Source: an uncultured Acidobacteriota bacterium
GTDB lineage: Bacteria > Acidobacteriota > Terriglobia > UBA7540
Direction: 5' to 3'
NCBI GenBank assembly: GCA_963804995.1
Contig: CAWDSK010000003.1
Coordinates: 64,001 to 128,000, forward strand
DNA: 64,000 nucleotides
Positions 1 to 10,072 of this stretch are shown piece by piece (within the stretch, counting starts at the first letter, position 1; the number at the start of each line of letters is the position of its first letter). The position numbers and the translations under genes were made by a program. The notes beneath the pieces are model-generated. The model made no database searches and was not told the DNA's origin. It was given only the letters and a program-made list of their open reading frames with translations.

Positions 1-424
1 CGGCGCCAATGACGGAACCTTCGGCTTCAACGGGCAGGAGACTGGCAGTGATTTCGCCGACTTCTTGCTGGGAGCGCCGGAGGTGACCTGATTAATCCCA
101 TTAACCCCCGAATCAGCAAGTCTCTATCGGCCTTCGATGTCACCCACAACTTTGTGATGAGTTACAGCTATCGTGTGCCCTTTGACAAAATGTGGCGCGC
201 AAACCGCTTGACCGATGGCTGGATCTTCACGGGAATAACGCGCTTTACCACGGGCTTGCCTATACTGCTCCAAGAAACTGGAGTTCCGCGCGGAGCTATT
301 CAACGCCTTCAACCACGCCCAGTTCGGGCTACCGTCGGGGAACATTCTCAGCTCGAATTTCGGCTTCGTGACCAGCGCCAATGCCCCGCGCATCGGGCAA
401 TTTGCGGTTAAGTTCTACTTCTAG
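1..424 (+). pseudogene. Internally deleted remnant of a TonB-dependent receptor (paralog of 2571..6998)
   Basis: Three out-of-frame blocks (GTFGFNGQETGSDFADFLLGAP; INPINPRISKSLSAFDVTHNF...GLPILLQE; LEFRAELFNAFNHAQF...KFYF*) each match the downstream receptor. Junctions near 78 and 275 skip large intervening segments. Confidence 0.85.
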
Positions 425-686
425 CCATAACGTCACGTTGTACGACCCGAGGCCTGGATGAGGATTTCTTTGAAGTACCTCATTGGGCCTCGGGCAATCT
501 CCGCAACCGAAGTGTTGACAAGCCCTTGGTACCCCTTGATAGCTCAACGAAGCCATCAGCAGGTCTAGCGCCGGAGGGGGGGAATTCATGTCCCTTGCCG
601 GAATTCCCGTCACCAATCTCGGAGGGCGCCCCGGTATCAGGATTATTCCCCCTGCGGCCAATATCCTGCGCTAAGCAAATTATTTC

Positions 687-715
687 TTGACACTCCTCGA
701 TTCCCCCGTTAAATT
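687..715 (+). promoter_or_regulatory. Sigma70-type promoter, probably the original promoter of the TonB receptor
   Basis: TTGACA (687-692), 17-nt spacer, TAAATT (710-715). Confidence 0.55.
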
Positions 716-775
716 CATTCCCGGCAACACTGGACTTGCCGGTAGAAGGTTTGTGGGAACAAGTTCAAGCACTAG

Positions 776-2412
776 GAGCCTGTCGGAGATAGATTTTGGC
801 CGCAGGAGGGATCCAGTCGCAAGATTTTCGGGGGGGGCATTGGATTGATTATTGATAGTTTTAGAAGATGTTGTAAGATGGAGTTATGGGCAAACAGTTT
901 CGGAGTTGCGATTTAAATCAGGCGTACTTGCTCCCGCCCTCGTTGCAGGATTGGCTGCCGGAGGGTCACCTGGCGCGGTTCGTGGCGGAGGTGGTGGAAG
1001 CCTTAGACCTGTCGGCGATTTACGCGAAGTACGAAGCGGGAGATGGGCGGGGGCTGGCGGCGTACGATCCGCGGATGATGGTCCGGGTGCTGATTTACGG
1101 TTACTGCCGAGGGGTGGCGAGTTCGCGACGGATCGAGCGGGCGACGTACGAGGACGTGGCGTTCCGGTATTTGGCGGCCGACCAGCATCCGGATCACGAC
1201 ACGATCGCGACCTTCCGGCAGGAGCACTTGGTGCCCTTGGCGCAATTGTTCGTGCAGGTGTTGCAGTTGTGCCAGCGGGCGGGCCTGGTGAAGCTGGGGC
1301 ACGTGGCGCTGGACGGGACGAAGATCAAGGCCAACGCCTCGAAGCACAAGGCGATGAGCTACGAGCGGATGGAGAAGGCGGAGAAGGAATTAGCCGCGGA
1401 AGTGCAGGCGCTGCTGGCCGAGGCGGCACGGGTAGACGCCGAGGAAGATGGAAAATATGGGAAGGGTAAGCGCGGCGACGAACTGCCGAAGGAACTGGCG
1501 CGGCGCGAGAGCCGGTTAGAGAAGATTCGGGAGGCGAAGGCGGCACTGGAGCAAGAGGCAAAAGAGGCGGCGGAAAAGAAGCAGGCGGAGGTGGCGGCGC
1601 AATTAAAGGAGCGGGCGAAGCAGGAACGGGAACGGGGGCGGAAGTTCGGGGGCCGACCGCCGCAGGCGCCGGACGCGGAAGCGGCGAAACCGGAGCCCCA
1701 AGCGCAACGGAATTTTACCGACCCGGATTCGCGCATCATGAAGGACGGAGCGACGAAAGAGTTTGTGCAAGCCTATAACGCCCAGGCGGCGGTGGACAGT
1801 CACGCGCAAGTGATCGTGGGGGCGGCGGTGACGCAGGAAGCCAACGACAAGAAGCAGTTGGTACCGATGCTGAAGGAAGTGAAAGCGCAGATGGGGCGAC
1901 CGCCGCGGCAAGCGACGGCGGACAACGGGTATTTCAGCGAGCCCAACGTCACCGATGCGCAGGTGCGGGAGATCGATCTGTTCGTAGCGCCGGACGCTCA
2001 GAAGCACAGCGAGAAACCGCCCGTCACGACCGGGCCTCCGCCCTCCGGGGCCAGCGTGGCCGAGCAGATGCGGCACAAGCTGCGCACGGCGGAAGGACAG
2101 GCGGTTTATAAACTGCGCAAGGCGGTGGTGGAACCGGTCTTTGGACAGATCAAAGAGGCGCGCGGGTTTCGGAGATTCCTGCTGCGAGGACTGAGGAAAG
2201 TGCAGGCGGAATGGCAGATGATCTGTGCCACGCACAACCTGTTGAAACTCTTCCGCTCGGGATGGAGCCCCCAAAGGGCCTGAAAGCGCTGGCCCAACCG
2301 ACCCCGTTGCTCGCGTGGACGGCCTGGCCAGCGTCAAATGCCTAACATTCGGTTCGCGGAGAATGAGAGTCGGTAAAAAGTAAGATTGTGGGGCCGTATC
2401 TCCGACGGGCTC
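776..2412 (+). mobile_element. IS1182-family insertion sequence
   Basis: TIRs GAGCCTGTCGGAGATA (776-791) and TATCTCCGACGGGCTC (2397-2412), 1 mismatch. CTAG duplicated at 772-775 and 2413-2416. Single transposase inside. Confidence 0.92.
886..2283 (+). CDS. IS1182-family DDE transposase
   Basis: N-terminal LLPPSLQDWLPEGHLARF...YDPRMMVRVLIYGY...SSRRIE; DDE motifs ALDGTKIKANAS, ADNGYFS, RKAVVEPVFGQIKE. Confidence 0.93.
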   Translation: MGKQFRSCDLNQAYLLPPSLQDWLPEGHLARFVAEVVEALDLSAIYAKYEAGDGRGLAAYDPRMMVRVLIYGYCRGVASSRRIERATYEDVAFRYLAADQHPDHDTIATFRQEHLVPLAQLFVQVLQLCQRAGLVKLGHVALDGTKIKANASKHKAMSYERMEKAEKELAAEVQALLAEAARVDAEEDGKYGKGKRGDELPKELARRESRLEKIREAKAALEQEAKEAAEKKQAEVAAQLKERAKQERERGRKFGGRPPQAPDAEAAKPEPQAQRNFTDPDSRIMKDGATKEFVQAYNAQAAVDSHAQVIVGAAVTQEANDKKQLVPMLKEVKAQMGRPPRQATADNGYFSEPNVTDAQVREIDLFVAPDAQKHSEKPPVTTGPPPSGASVAEQMRHKLRTAEGQAVYKLRKAVVEPVFGQIKEARGFRRFLLRGLRKVQAEWQMICATHNLLKLFRSGWSPQRA

Positions 2413-5400
2413 CTAGCAGCATACTTTCTTTCCACGGTAGGCCGGTTTGTTTCGCTGCTCATTACACCGCAATCCTTCACGTTCCCACCCTCTCTCCGGC
2501 GGGATTTAGCGTCGGTAGTCACCAAGCGTAAGGTCTTCGGGTCACAAAAACTTAGCATAGGAGGCGCCAGATGAAGAATCATTCTGGGTGGCTTCGGGTG
2601 TGGCTGTGGGCATCCGCTTTTCTTTTCGGAATGCAGCTTGCATTTGGAAGCGTAGGCGGCAGCATTTCCGGGCTCGTCACCGATCCGAGCGGCGCGGTGA
2701 TTGTGGGCGCTGAGGTCGTAGCGCTCAATACCGCGACCGCGATCAAAAATACGAACAAGACGGATACAGCAGGGTTCTACTCATTCCCGACCCTTCCCAT
2801 TGGACCTTACGAGATTCAGGTTCGCCAAACCGGGTTCAAGGAATTCCGTGTCACCGGCTTGGTCATTGACGCCAACGCCGCGTTGCGCGTTGATGCCGTC
2901 CTTCAGGTGGGAACGGTAACACAGGAAGTCAGCGTTTCCGCCACGGCCGTGCAAGTGGACACCACCAGCACCCAAGTGGGAGAGGTGATTGGATCCAACA
3001 CGATGGAAATCGTCCCCTTGAATGGCCGGAGTTTTATCGATCTCATGGCGCTGCAACCGGGCGTGGTTCCGCAAAGCTCCGGTATGTACGGCACCACGAT
3101 TTCAGGGGATCTCAACTCGGGAAACTTCTCGGTCAGCGGGGCGCGCGAATCCGCCAATGGATTTATGCTGAACGGCGGAAACGTCCAAGAGGGCTACTCG
3201 ATGGGCACCGAGATCATTCCTAACCTCAACTCCATCGCGGAATTTCGCATCTTGACCAATAATGCCGACGCCGAATACGGCAACTATGCGGGGGGATTGG
3301 TCAACGCCATCACCAAATCCGGCACCAACCAGTTCCACGGAGATGCCTTTGAATTCGTGCGCAATTACGACCTGGACAGCCGGAACTTTTTCTCCACCGG
3401 CCGCCCGATCTTAAGGAAGAACGAGTTTGGCGGCACGCTGGGTGGACCCATCCGCCACGACAAACTCTTTTTCTTTGTGGACTACCAGGGAAACCGCCAA
3501 GGGGTGGGCACTGAAACCGGTGAGGTTTTGGTCCCCTCCAACCAGGATCTCACGGGTAACCTGTCGGATCAGACGAGCAGTCTCACGGGCACCGTCGTGG
3601 GTCAGAATTTTGCCAATCAGCTCACCCAGAAATTGGGCTACCCCGTGACGGTCAATGAGCCGTATTACACTCCAGGCTGCACCAGCGCGAATTGCGTCTT
3701 CCCCAACGCCGTAATTCCCCAGTCCGCCTGGGCGTCTCCGGCCGCGCCGCTCATCAAATACATCCCTCCACAAAATCATAGCGGTTACTTCGAGACCGCG
3801 GCTTACCCCAACACCTTGCAAGATGACAAGACGAGCGGCCGGCTCGACGCTAACACCCGCATTGGCCTGCTCAGCGGATATTACTTCTACGACGATTATT
3901 CCCAGGTCAATCCCTATCCCAACGCTGATGTTCCTGGCTTCAGCGCCTCGAACGCCGGCCGGGCGCAGAACATCAATTTTGCGGTGACCAAGAACTTTGG
4001 GCCGAGTTCGGTCAACGAATTTCGCCTGAATTACACCCGCTTTGCCGCTGCCAGCGATATCCCTTTACAGGGGATTGGTGTTTCACTCAGCTCGCTGGGG
4101 TTTGTGGAAGGGCCGGGCACGCTGGGCATCTACCCCATCACGCCCGCGCAATATGCCGGCGTCCTCCCGATCTATTTCAACAATTTCACTATTGGTATAC
4201 CTAGTATATCCTATAATTACAACAATACCTATCAGGTGCTTGACAACTTCTCGAAGGTCATCGGAACTCACAGTTTGAAGTTCGGTGGCGAATGGCACTA
4301 CGACTGGATTACCCACAAATCGTATGGAGAACAGATGGGAGAGTTTACCTTCAATGGATCAGAGACAGGTAGTGACTTTGCAGACTTTCTGATTGGAGCG
4401 CCGAGCAGTTACGATCAGGGGCAGCAACTTCCGTTCCATACGCGGACGAAATATTACAGTGCCTACGCACAGGATAGCTGGCGTGCCCAGAAGGACCTGA
4501 CGGTGAACTACGGCGTGCGCTGGGAGTCCAGCAGCCCGTTCTATGAGGCCTTTAACCAGATGGAAGCTTTGAAGTACGGGGAGAGTTCGGTGGTCTTTCC
4601 GGGGTCCCCCACCGGCTGGGTTTTCCCGGGTGATCCCGGCATTCCTACTACGATCGCCCCAACGCGCTGGAACAATTTTGCCCCGCGCATTGGAATAGCG
4701 TATGCGCCCCATGCCGACACGGGGTTCTGGGGAAAGGTCCTGGGCGGAGCGGGCAAGACGAGCATTCGCGCCGCCTTCGGCATTTACTACACCGCCTTCG
4801 AGGACGCGGCGCTGGAGAACGCGGAGGGGGATGCCCCCTTTGGATACTTTTGGTCCAGTGTGGCTCCGCCGGAATTTTCCACACCCTACGTCGATCGGCA
4901 GACGGGTTTCGTGAGGGGTCAGAAATTCCCTGCCCCCTTCCCGCCCACCCGCCCGGTACCCAGCGCCCAGCACCCCGATACGAACGTCGACTGGCCCTCG
5001 TTCCTGCCCATCTCGAGTTCTCCGGTTCTGGGTCGCAATGATACTCTGCCCTACTCCGAGGACTATAACTTAACGATTCAGCGGCAGCTCGGACCCAACA
5101 CGATGCTGAGCGTTGGATACGTCGGCACACAAGGGCACCGGCTGATCTCGCCGGTTGAATCCAACATCGGTAATCCCGCCCTTTGCCTTAGCCTGAGCCA
5201 ATCGAGCGAAGTCATGGGGCCACCGAATGACGCCACCTGCGGTCCCAATGGGGAAAACACTATCTACTATCCTATAACGGGAGGGGTGGTGAACGGTACG
5301 CGCGGGCCCTTCGGGAACGCCTTCGGCAGCAACGACTACTTCAACACCATGGGCAACTCCAATTACAACTCCTTGCAGACGAGTGTGCGGCATTCCTCCG

Positions 5401-5658
5401 GACGCAGCCAGTTCCTGGTGGCCTACACGTACAGCAAGGTGCTCGCTAACGCCTCCTCTTGGGGATCGGGCAATGAAGTGGTTAACCCGCTGAATTACAA
5501 GCTCAGTAAGGCGTTGGCCGCTTTTGACGCGACCAACAACTTTGTGGCGAGCTACAACTATGAGATCCCGTTCGACAAACTGTGGCGCGCCAACCGCCTG
5601 ACCCGGGGCTGGGTGATTACGGGCATCACCCACTTCTCAACCGGCTTGCCGATCCTTA

Positions 5659-6567
5659 GAGCTTATCCGTAAATAATAATTGTCTGTCGCCAGCAGATCA
5701 TGGCCGCGGCTAAGGTTAGTAGGGCGACGTAGCTTTCCTCGGTCTTTTCAAAGCTCACCAACACCTTGCGGTATCGGTTGAGCCAGGAATGGGTCCGCTC
5801 GACCACCCATCGGCGAGCCTTGTAACCGGGGACGATACGTTTTGCTTCCATCTCTTCTCGCTGTTGCTTGATATGCGGCCGGTAGTGGCGGTTCGTGGCC
5901 GCTTGCCGAGCGCGGGATCCCTTGTAACCGGCATCGGCGCAAAGGTGCTGGGGCTTTCTCGGTCGCGGTGCCGGTCGCGCTCTCACCACCTGGTCGAGGG
6001 TGGTGGCCAGCAGCTTCACATCATGCAGGTTGGCTCCGCTGACGGCGAGCGATAGTGGGACGCCACGCCCGTCGACTAACAAACTTCGCTTGCGCCCATT
6101 TTTTTCCCCGATCGGTGGGATTGGGTCCCACACAAGTCAAGGCCAGCGGGGCTTTCACCATCGCTCCGTCGATGCTTTGCCAGTCCCAGGCAATGCCCTC
6201 CAGCTCATCGTACTCGGCCAGCCCCGACCGCCAGAGCGCCAGAAAGAAACCCGCCCGGTGCCACTGTTGAAAATGCTTGTGGACCGCGCTGGCGCTGCCG
6301 AATTCCTTGGGCAAGGCCTTCCACTGACATCCCGTGCGCAGCACATACACAATGGCCGAGAAGATCCGGCGCGCCGGCATTGGCTTCCTCCCACCCCCCG
6401 GCTTCCGCCTATACTTTCGGCCTTTCGACCGCTGTCGAACCGGAATCAGCGGTTCGACTTTCACCCAAAACTCGTCGGATACTTCCCAAGATTTTATCTG
6501 CGGCATCTTGGGTCATAATCATGCATCAAATTGCAGCAGACTTCAATAAGTATTTACGGATAAGCTC
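5659..6567 (-). mobile_element. IS5-family (IS427-like) insertion sequence, 909 bp
   Basis: Perfect 17-bp TIRs GAGCTTATCCGTAAATA / TATTTACGGATAAGCTC. TTA duplicated at 5656-5658 and 6568-6570. Confidence 0.93.
5663..6506 (-). CDS. IS5-family transposase, two ORFs joined by a probable programmed frameshift
   Basis: OrfA (6021..6506) YVLRTGCQWKALP...IDG; OrfB (5663..6133) CADAGY, RWVVERTHSWL. Slippery GGGGAAAAAAA on the minus strand at 6099-6109. Confidence 0.88.
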
Positions 6568-7104
6568 TTATCAGGGAATCCGACGACCACTCCCTGCTCG
6601 GTACTTTAAGTGGAGGTCCGGGCGGTAACGGCGCGGACGAGCCTAACTTCACCCCCGGCAACCTGGCGGGCCACAATCCGCGGACAGCCGTGGCGAGCCA
6701 ACAGATCAATCCGGAATTCAACACGTCGCTGTTCTCCAAGGAAGCGATTGGCACGCTCGGGGACGCCAACCGGCGGTTCTTCCACGGCAATGGCCTCAAT
6801 AACTGGGACATGTCATTGCAAAAGAACATCCGCTTGACCGAGTCGAAGAGGCTGGAGATCCGCGCGGAGTTCTTCAATATCTTCAACCACGCCCAATTCT
6901 CCAATCCGTCGGGCAACATTCTCAGAAGTAGTTTCGGCTTCGCAACCAACGCTAATTCCCCGCGTATCGGGGAACTTGCAGGGAAGTTTTACTTCTAGAC
7001 CGTGCCGAAGCTGAACTGCCCGAGGTCAAGCTGAGGGTTTTTCCAAAACCCTCACTTGGCCTCGGGTTAAACCTTCCGTTCCGATCTAATCGGGGATTCC
7101 CAAT

Positions 7105-7391
7105 AGGGTTGGCGCAGGCTCTAGTTTCGGAGTGCGGCGACTCGTCGCCGCTTTCCCTCGCCGCAACTCGATGCGGGGATACACCGACCGCTGACGAGTC
7201 AGCGGTGGCCAAAGCGGGAGCAAGCTCCCGCACTCCGAAATTTCGCTCAGGGTTGGCGCAGGCTCTAGTTTCGGAGTGCGGCGACTCGTCGCCGCTTTCC
7301 CTCGCCGCAACTCGATGCGGCGATACAATGACCGCTGACGAGTCAGCGGTGCCAAAGCGGGAGCAAGCTCCCGCACTCCGAAATTTCGCTC
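7105..7391. repeat. Two tandem ~144-bp copies of a REPIN-like palindromic unit
   Basis: 7105-7248 and 7249-7391 are nearly identical. Each contains GGAGTGCGGCGACTCGTCGCCGCTTT ... AAAGCGGGAGCAAGCTCCCGCACTCC inverted arms with inner hairpins. Confidence 0.9.
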
Positions 7392-7603
7392 CCGATGCCG
7401 AGGGGAGACTTCGCTAATTTGGAAAGCCTCGAATTTACCTCGCCACCTGGTGGCGTCCTGATGAGATCGGGACAGGTGCCGCCGCCCCCGCATAAAATTA
7501 ACTCACCATCCGCGGCTCCCGCAGGAGAGCTATTTCCCCAATAATGGTGTAAAATCGCGATTGTTTCGGGCGGGACAAATTTTCAACAATCTGAGGTGAT
7601 GGT

Positions 7604-8674
7604 ATGCATCGTAGAAACTTCCTCAAGAATTCCGTGGGGGCATTAGCGGGCTTGGGGTCCGTGGGTTTAGATGGGCTGGAAAGCAAAGCGCTTGCGCATC
7701 CTTCCCCGCTGGCGTCTGAGGGTACGGCTGGCCAGATTGGGCGTCCGGTGCGGGTAGTCAGTATTGGCCTCAAAAATCGGACAAAATCCCTGCAGGAGAT
7801 CGCCCAGGTTGTGGACGCCGAGGGCGACCGCGGCGCCGATGTGATTGCTCTGCCGGAAGCGTGGCGAGGCCAGAAGAACGAGGGGACCGAAGAAATCCTG
7901 AACGGTCCGACCGTTACGGCGATGGCGGCACTCGCCAAGAAGCATCACACCTACATCGTCTGCCCCATCGACCGCAAAGATGGCGCGCTGCGCCGCAACA
8001 CCGCCGTGCTTCTGGATCGCACGGGGCAAATCGTTACCATTTACGACAAGGTCTTTCCCTGGACTCCCGAGTTCATGCTCACCCCGCCTGTCACTCCTGG
8101 CGAAGAAGTAGGGTTTCACCAAGCGGATTTCGGCAAGCTGGGTATCGCGATTTGCTTTGACATTGACTTCCCCGAGGTGTGGCGCAGGCTCGCGGACCAG
8201 GGCGCTGAGCTAGTGATTTGGCCGAGCGCATACTCCGGCGGCGCCGCGCTGAAGGCCCATGCCATCCAGCACCACTACTACATCGTGACCGCCACGCAGG
8301 CTCCGGATTGCACCGTCTACGACATCACGGGAGAGGAATTGCTCCACGAGAAGAACCCCACCCTCAACGTCAGCCGCATTACGCTCGATTTAGACCGCGG
8401 GGTCTATGATCGCGACGCCATTGACGGCCGCGAGAAGAGCACGGCCCGGCGCGAAAAGTTCTTCAAGGAGCATGGTGACGACGTGGTGGAGGAAAAGTAT
8501 ATGGAGCGCGAGGATTGGTTCGTGCTCCGTGCCAAACGCCCCGGAGTCAGCTCGCGGGATTTGGCTCGGGAATACGGCTTGGTGGAAAAAGCTGAGTTGG
8601 TCCGCCGCGCCCGTAAGATCACCGATAAGCGCCGCGGCTGGGCCTTCTCCCAAAAAGGGGTGGTGGTTTCGTAA
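7604..8674 (+). CDS. Carbon-nitrogen hydrolase (nitrilase superfamily) with Tat signal
   Basis: MHRRNFLK twin-arginine motif; catalytic E (ALPE), K (YDK), C (ICFDIDFPE). Confidence 0.88.
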   Translation: MHRRNFLKNSVGALAGLGSVGLDGLESKALAHPSPLASEGTAGQIGRPVRVVSIGLKNRTKSLQEIAQVVDAEGDRGADVIALPEAWRGQKNEGTEEILNGPTVTAMAALAKKHHTYIVCPIDRKDGALRRNTAVLLDRTGQIVTIYDKVFPWTPEFMLTPPVTPGEEVGFHQADFGKLGIAICFDIDFPEVWRRLADQGAELVIWPSAYSGGAALKAHAIQHHYYIVTATQAPDCTVYDITGEELLHEKNPTLNVSRITLDLDRGVYDRDAIDGREKSTARREKFFKEHGDDVVEEKYMEREDWFVLRAKRPGVSSRDLAREYGLVEKAELVRRARKITDKRRGWAFSQKGVVVS

Positions 8675-8693
8675 CTCTGCCAGGAGACACGCT

Positions 8694-9836
8694 ATGTCAA
8701 AGATCAGCCGTCGAGGGTTTGAGCTTGCCATGATGGGCTCGTTGGGAATGCAGTATCTCCATCCTGAGCGGGCTCTGGCATCAGAAGCGGTGGGTGAGTC
8801 TGAGCCCGCCGCCGGGAGCATCGCGGACGTGCCGGGCGTGAAGGTTGGTCATTTCACCGACTCCCGCCGCCCCACGGGTTGCACCGCAGTCCTCTTCGAA
8901 GAGGGTGCGACGGGCGGAGTGGATTTTGACGGCTCCGGCCCCGAAGATTTTCAGGCGGGCATGCTCCAGCCCGGCAGCGCGCTTCAGACCATCTGGGGAA
9001 TCCTCCTGGCTGGCGGGGATTCTTACGGCCTGTCGACCGCGCTCGGCGCCATGCGCTACCTCGAGGAGCGCCATATCGGCGAACACTGGGGTGGCCCGGG
9101 CATGGTAGTACCGTTGGTTGTGGCTTCGATTCTGGATGACCTGAGCGTGGGTGACGGCAGGATTCGTCCGGATGCCGAAAGCGGTTACAAAGCGTGCCAG
9201 ACGGCTTCGACCGGACCGGTGGCGGAAGGGTGCGTGGGGGCAGGCGCCGGGGCCACGGTCGGCACCGGAAGTTATTATGGCGGCCTCAAGATGAAATCCG
9301 GGATTGGAACCGCCAGCATTCGTGTGGGAGACTTTGTAATTGGCGCCATCGTGGCGGTCAATGCCACCGGCGATATCGTGGAATGGCCGAGTGGCAAGGT
9401 CCTAGCCGGAGCCCGGAGCGCGGACGGAAAAGGCTTCGTAAGCATTTCCGATAGCGTGCGGCAGAAAATGGCGCAGCGGTTGGCCAATCGGAGGACCATC
9501 AAGATACGCCCCTCCATGACCCACACCACCATCGGGGTCATTGCCACCAATCTGGATTTCGACAAAGGGGATTTGACCAAGCTTGCCGGGTTGGCAAACA
9601 CCGGGGCCGCCAAGGTCATTAACCCTTACCATACGACGGAAGACGGCGATGTGCTCTATGCCGTCTCGACCAGAAAACTTAAGCTGCCCGGAGAGCAAAA
9701 GCAGCAAGACATCGCGCTGGCGGGAATTATGGGAGCGGAAGTTGCCGCCACCGCCATCATGCGCGCCGCGAAAATGGCCACATCGGTCGAAGGCATTCCC
9801 GCCTATCGCGACTATACGGTGAAGTTGAACCAGTAG
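8694..9836 (+). CDS. P1/S58 family peptidase (DmpA-like L-aminopeptidase/D-esterase)
   Basis: AGGAGA RBS then ATG at 8694; SRRGF Tat-like motif; GVKVGH, TGCT, GCVGAGAG, MKSGIGTAS, HTTIGVIAT, DGDVLYA. Confidence 0.85.
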   Translation: MSKISRRGFELAMMGSLGMQYLHPERALASEAVGESEPAAGSIADVPGVKVGHFTDSRRPTGCTAVLFEEGATGGVDFDGSGPEDFQAGMLQPGSALQTIWGILLAGGDSYGLSTALGAMRYLEERHIGEHWGGPGMVVPLVVASILDDLSVGDGRIRPDAESGYKACQTASTGPVAEGCVGAGAGATVGTGSYYGGLKMKSGIGTASIRVGDFVIGAIVAVNATGDIVEWPSGKVLAGARSADGKGFVSISDSVRQKMAQRLANRRTIKIRPSMTHTTIGVIATNLDFDKGDLTKLAGLANTGAAKVINPYHTTEDGDVLYAVSTRKLKLPGEQKQQDIALAGIMGAEVAATAIMRAAKMATSVEGIPAYRDYTVKLNQ

Positions 9837-9920
9837 CACGGCGCAGCCGACCCGCAAAAAAGTCAAAACGCAAAGCGCAAAAGTCAAAGCCGCGAGTGGC
9901 GCGCCCATTTAAACTCATAG

Positions 9921-9990
9921 CCCTCTCCGAGGGGAGAGGGTGGACCGCCGCCGGCGTTTTCATCAGCCGGGGCGGGACGGGTGAGGGGTC
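9921..9990. repeat. REP-like palindrome, CCCTCTCC...GGAGAGGG...GGGTGAGGGG family
   Basis: Related copies at 10667-10738, 17131-17203 and 51188-51278. Confidence 0.8.
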
Positions 9991-10072
9991 ACTTGGGAAC
10001 AAATTGAGAAGCAGGCAGAGGCAGGCCCGTGTACAATCCTCCCGCAGGCAGGAGTCGAAAACGGGAATACAC

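Larger units (their letters stand above)
2571..6998 (+). pseudogene. TonB-dependent receptor (carboxypeptidase-regulatory-like N-domain, Oar type) interrupted by IS5
   Basis: Signal peptide, GSISGLVTDPSGAVI, PLNGRSF, AEYG...KSGTNQFHG, NNFAPRIG. Removing the IS and one TTA joins 2571..5658 to 6571..6998 in frame (LPIL-IRESDDHSLL...AGKFYF*, 1171 aa). Confidence 0.92.

Noticed and set aside
716..2570. Riboswitch in the IS-split TonB receptor leader
   Set aside because: No cobalamin, TPP or other consensus recognisable by eye; an Rfam scan of the rejoined leader would be needed
7105..7391. Possible CRISPR array
   Set aside because: Only two long units with no unique spacers and no cas genes
9896..10072. 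Extended N-terminus of the membrane protein
   Set aside because: It translates a REP element and spans a likely -10 (TACAAT near 10032)
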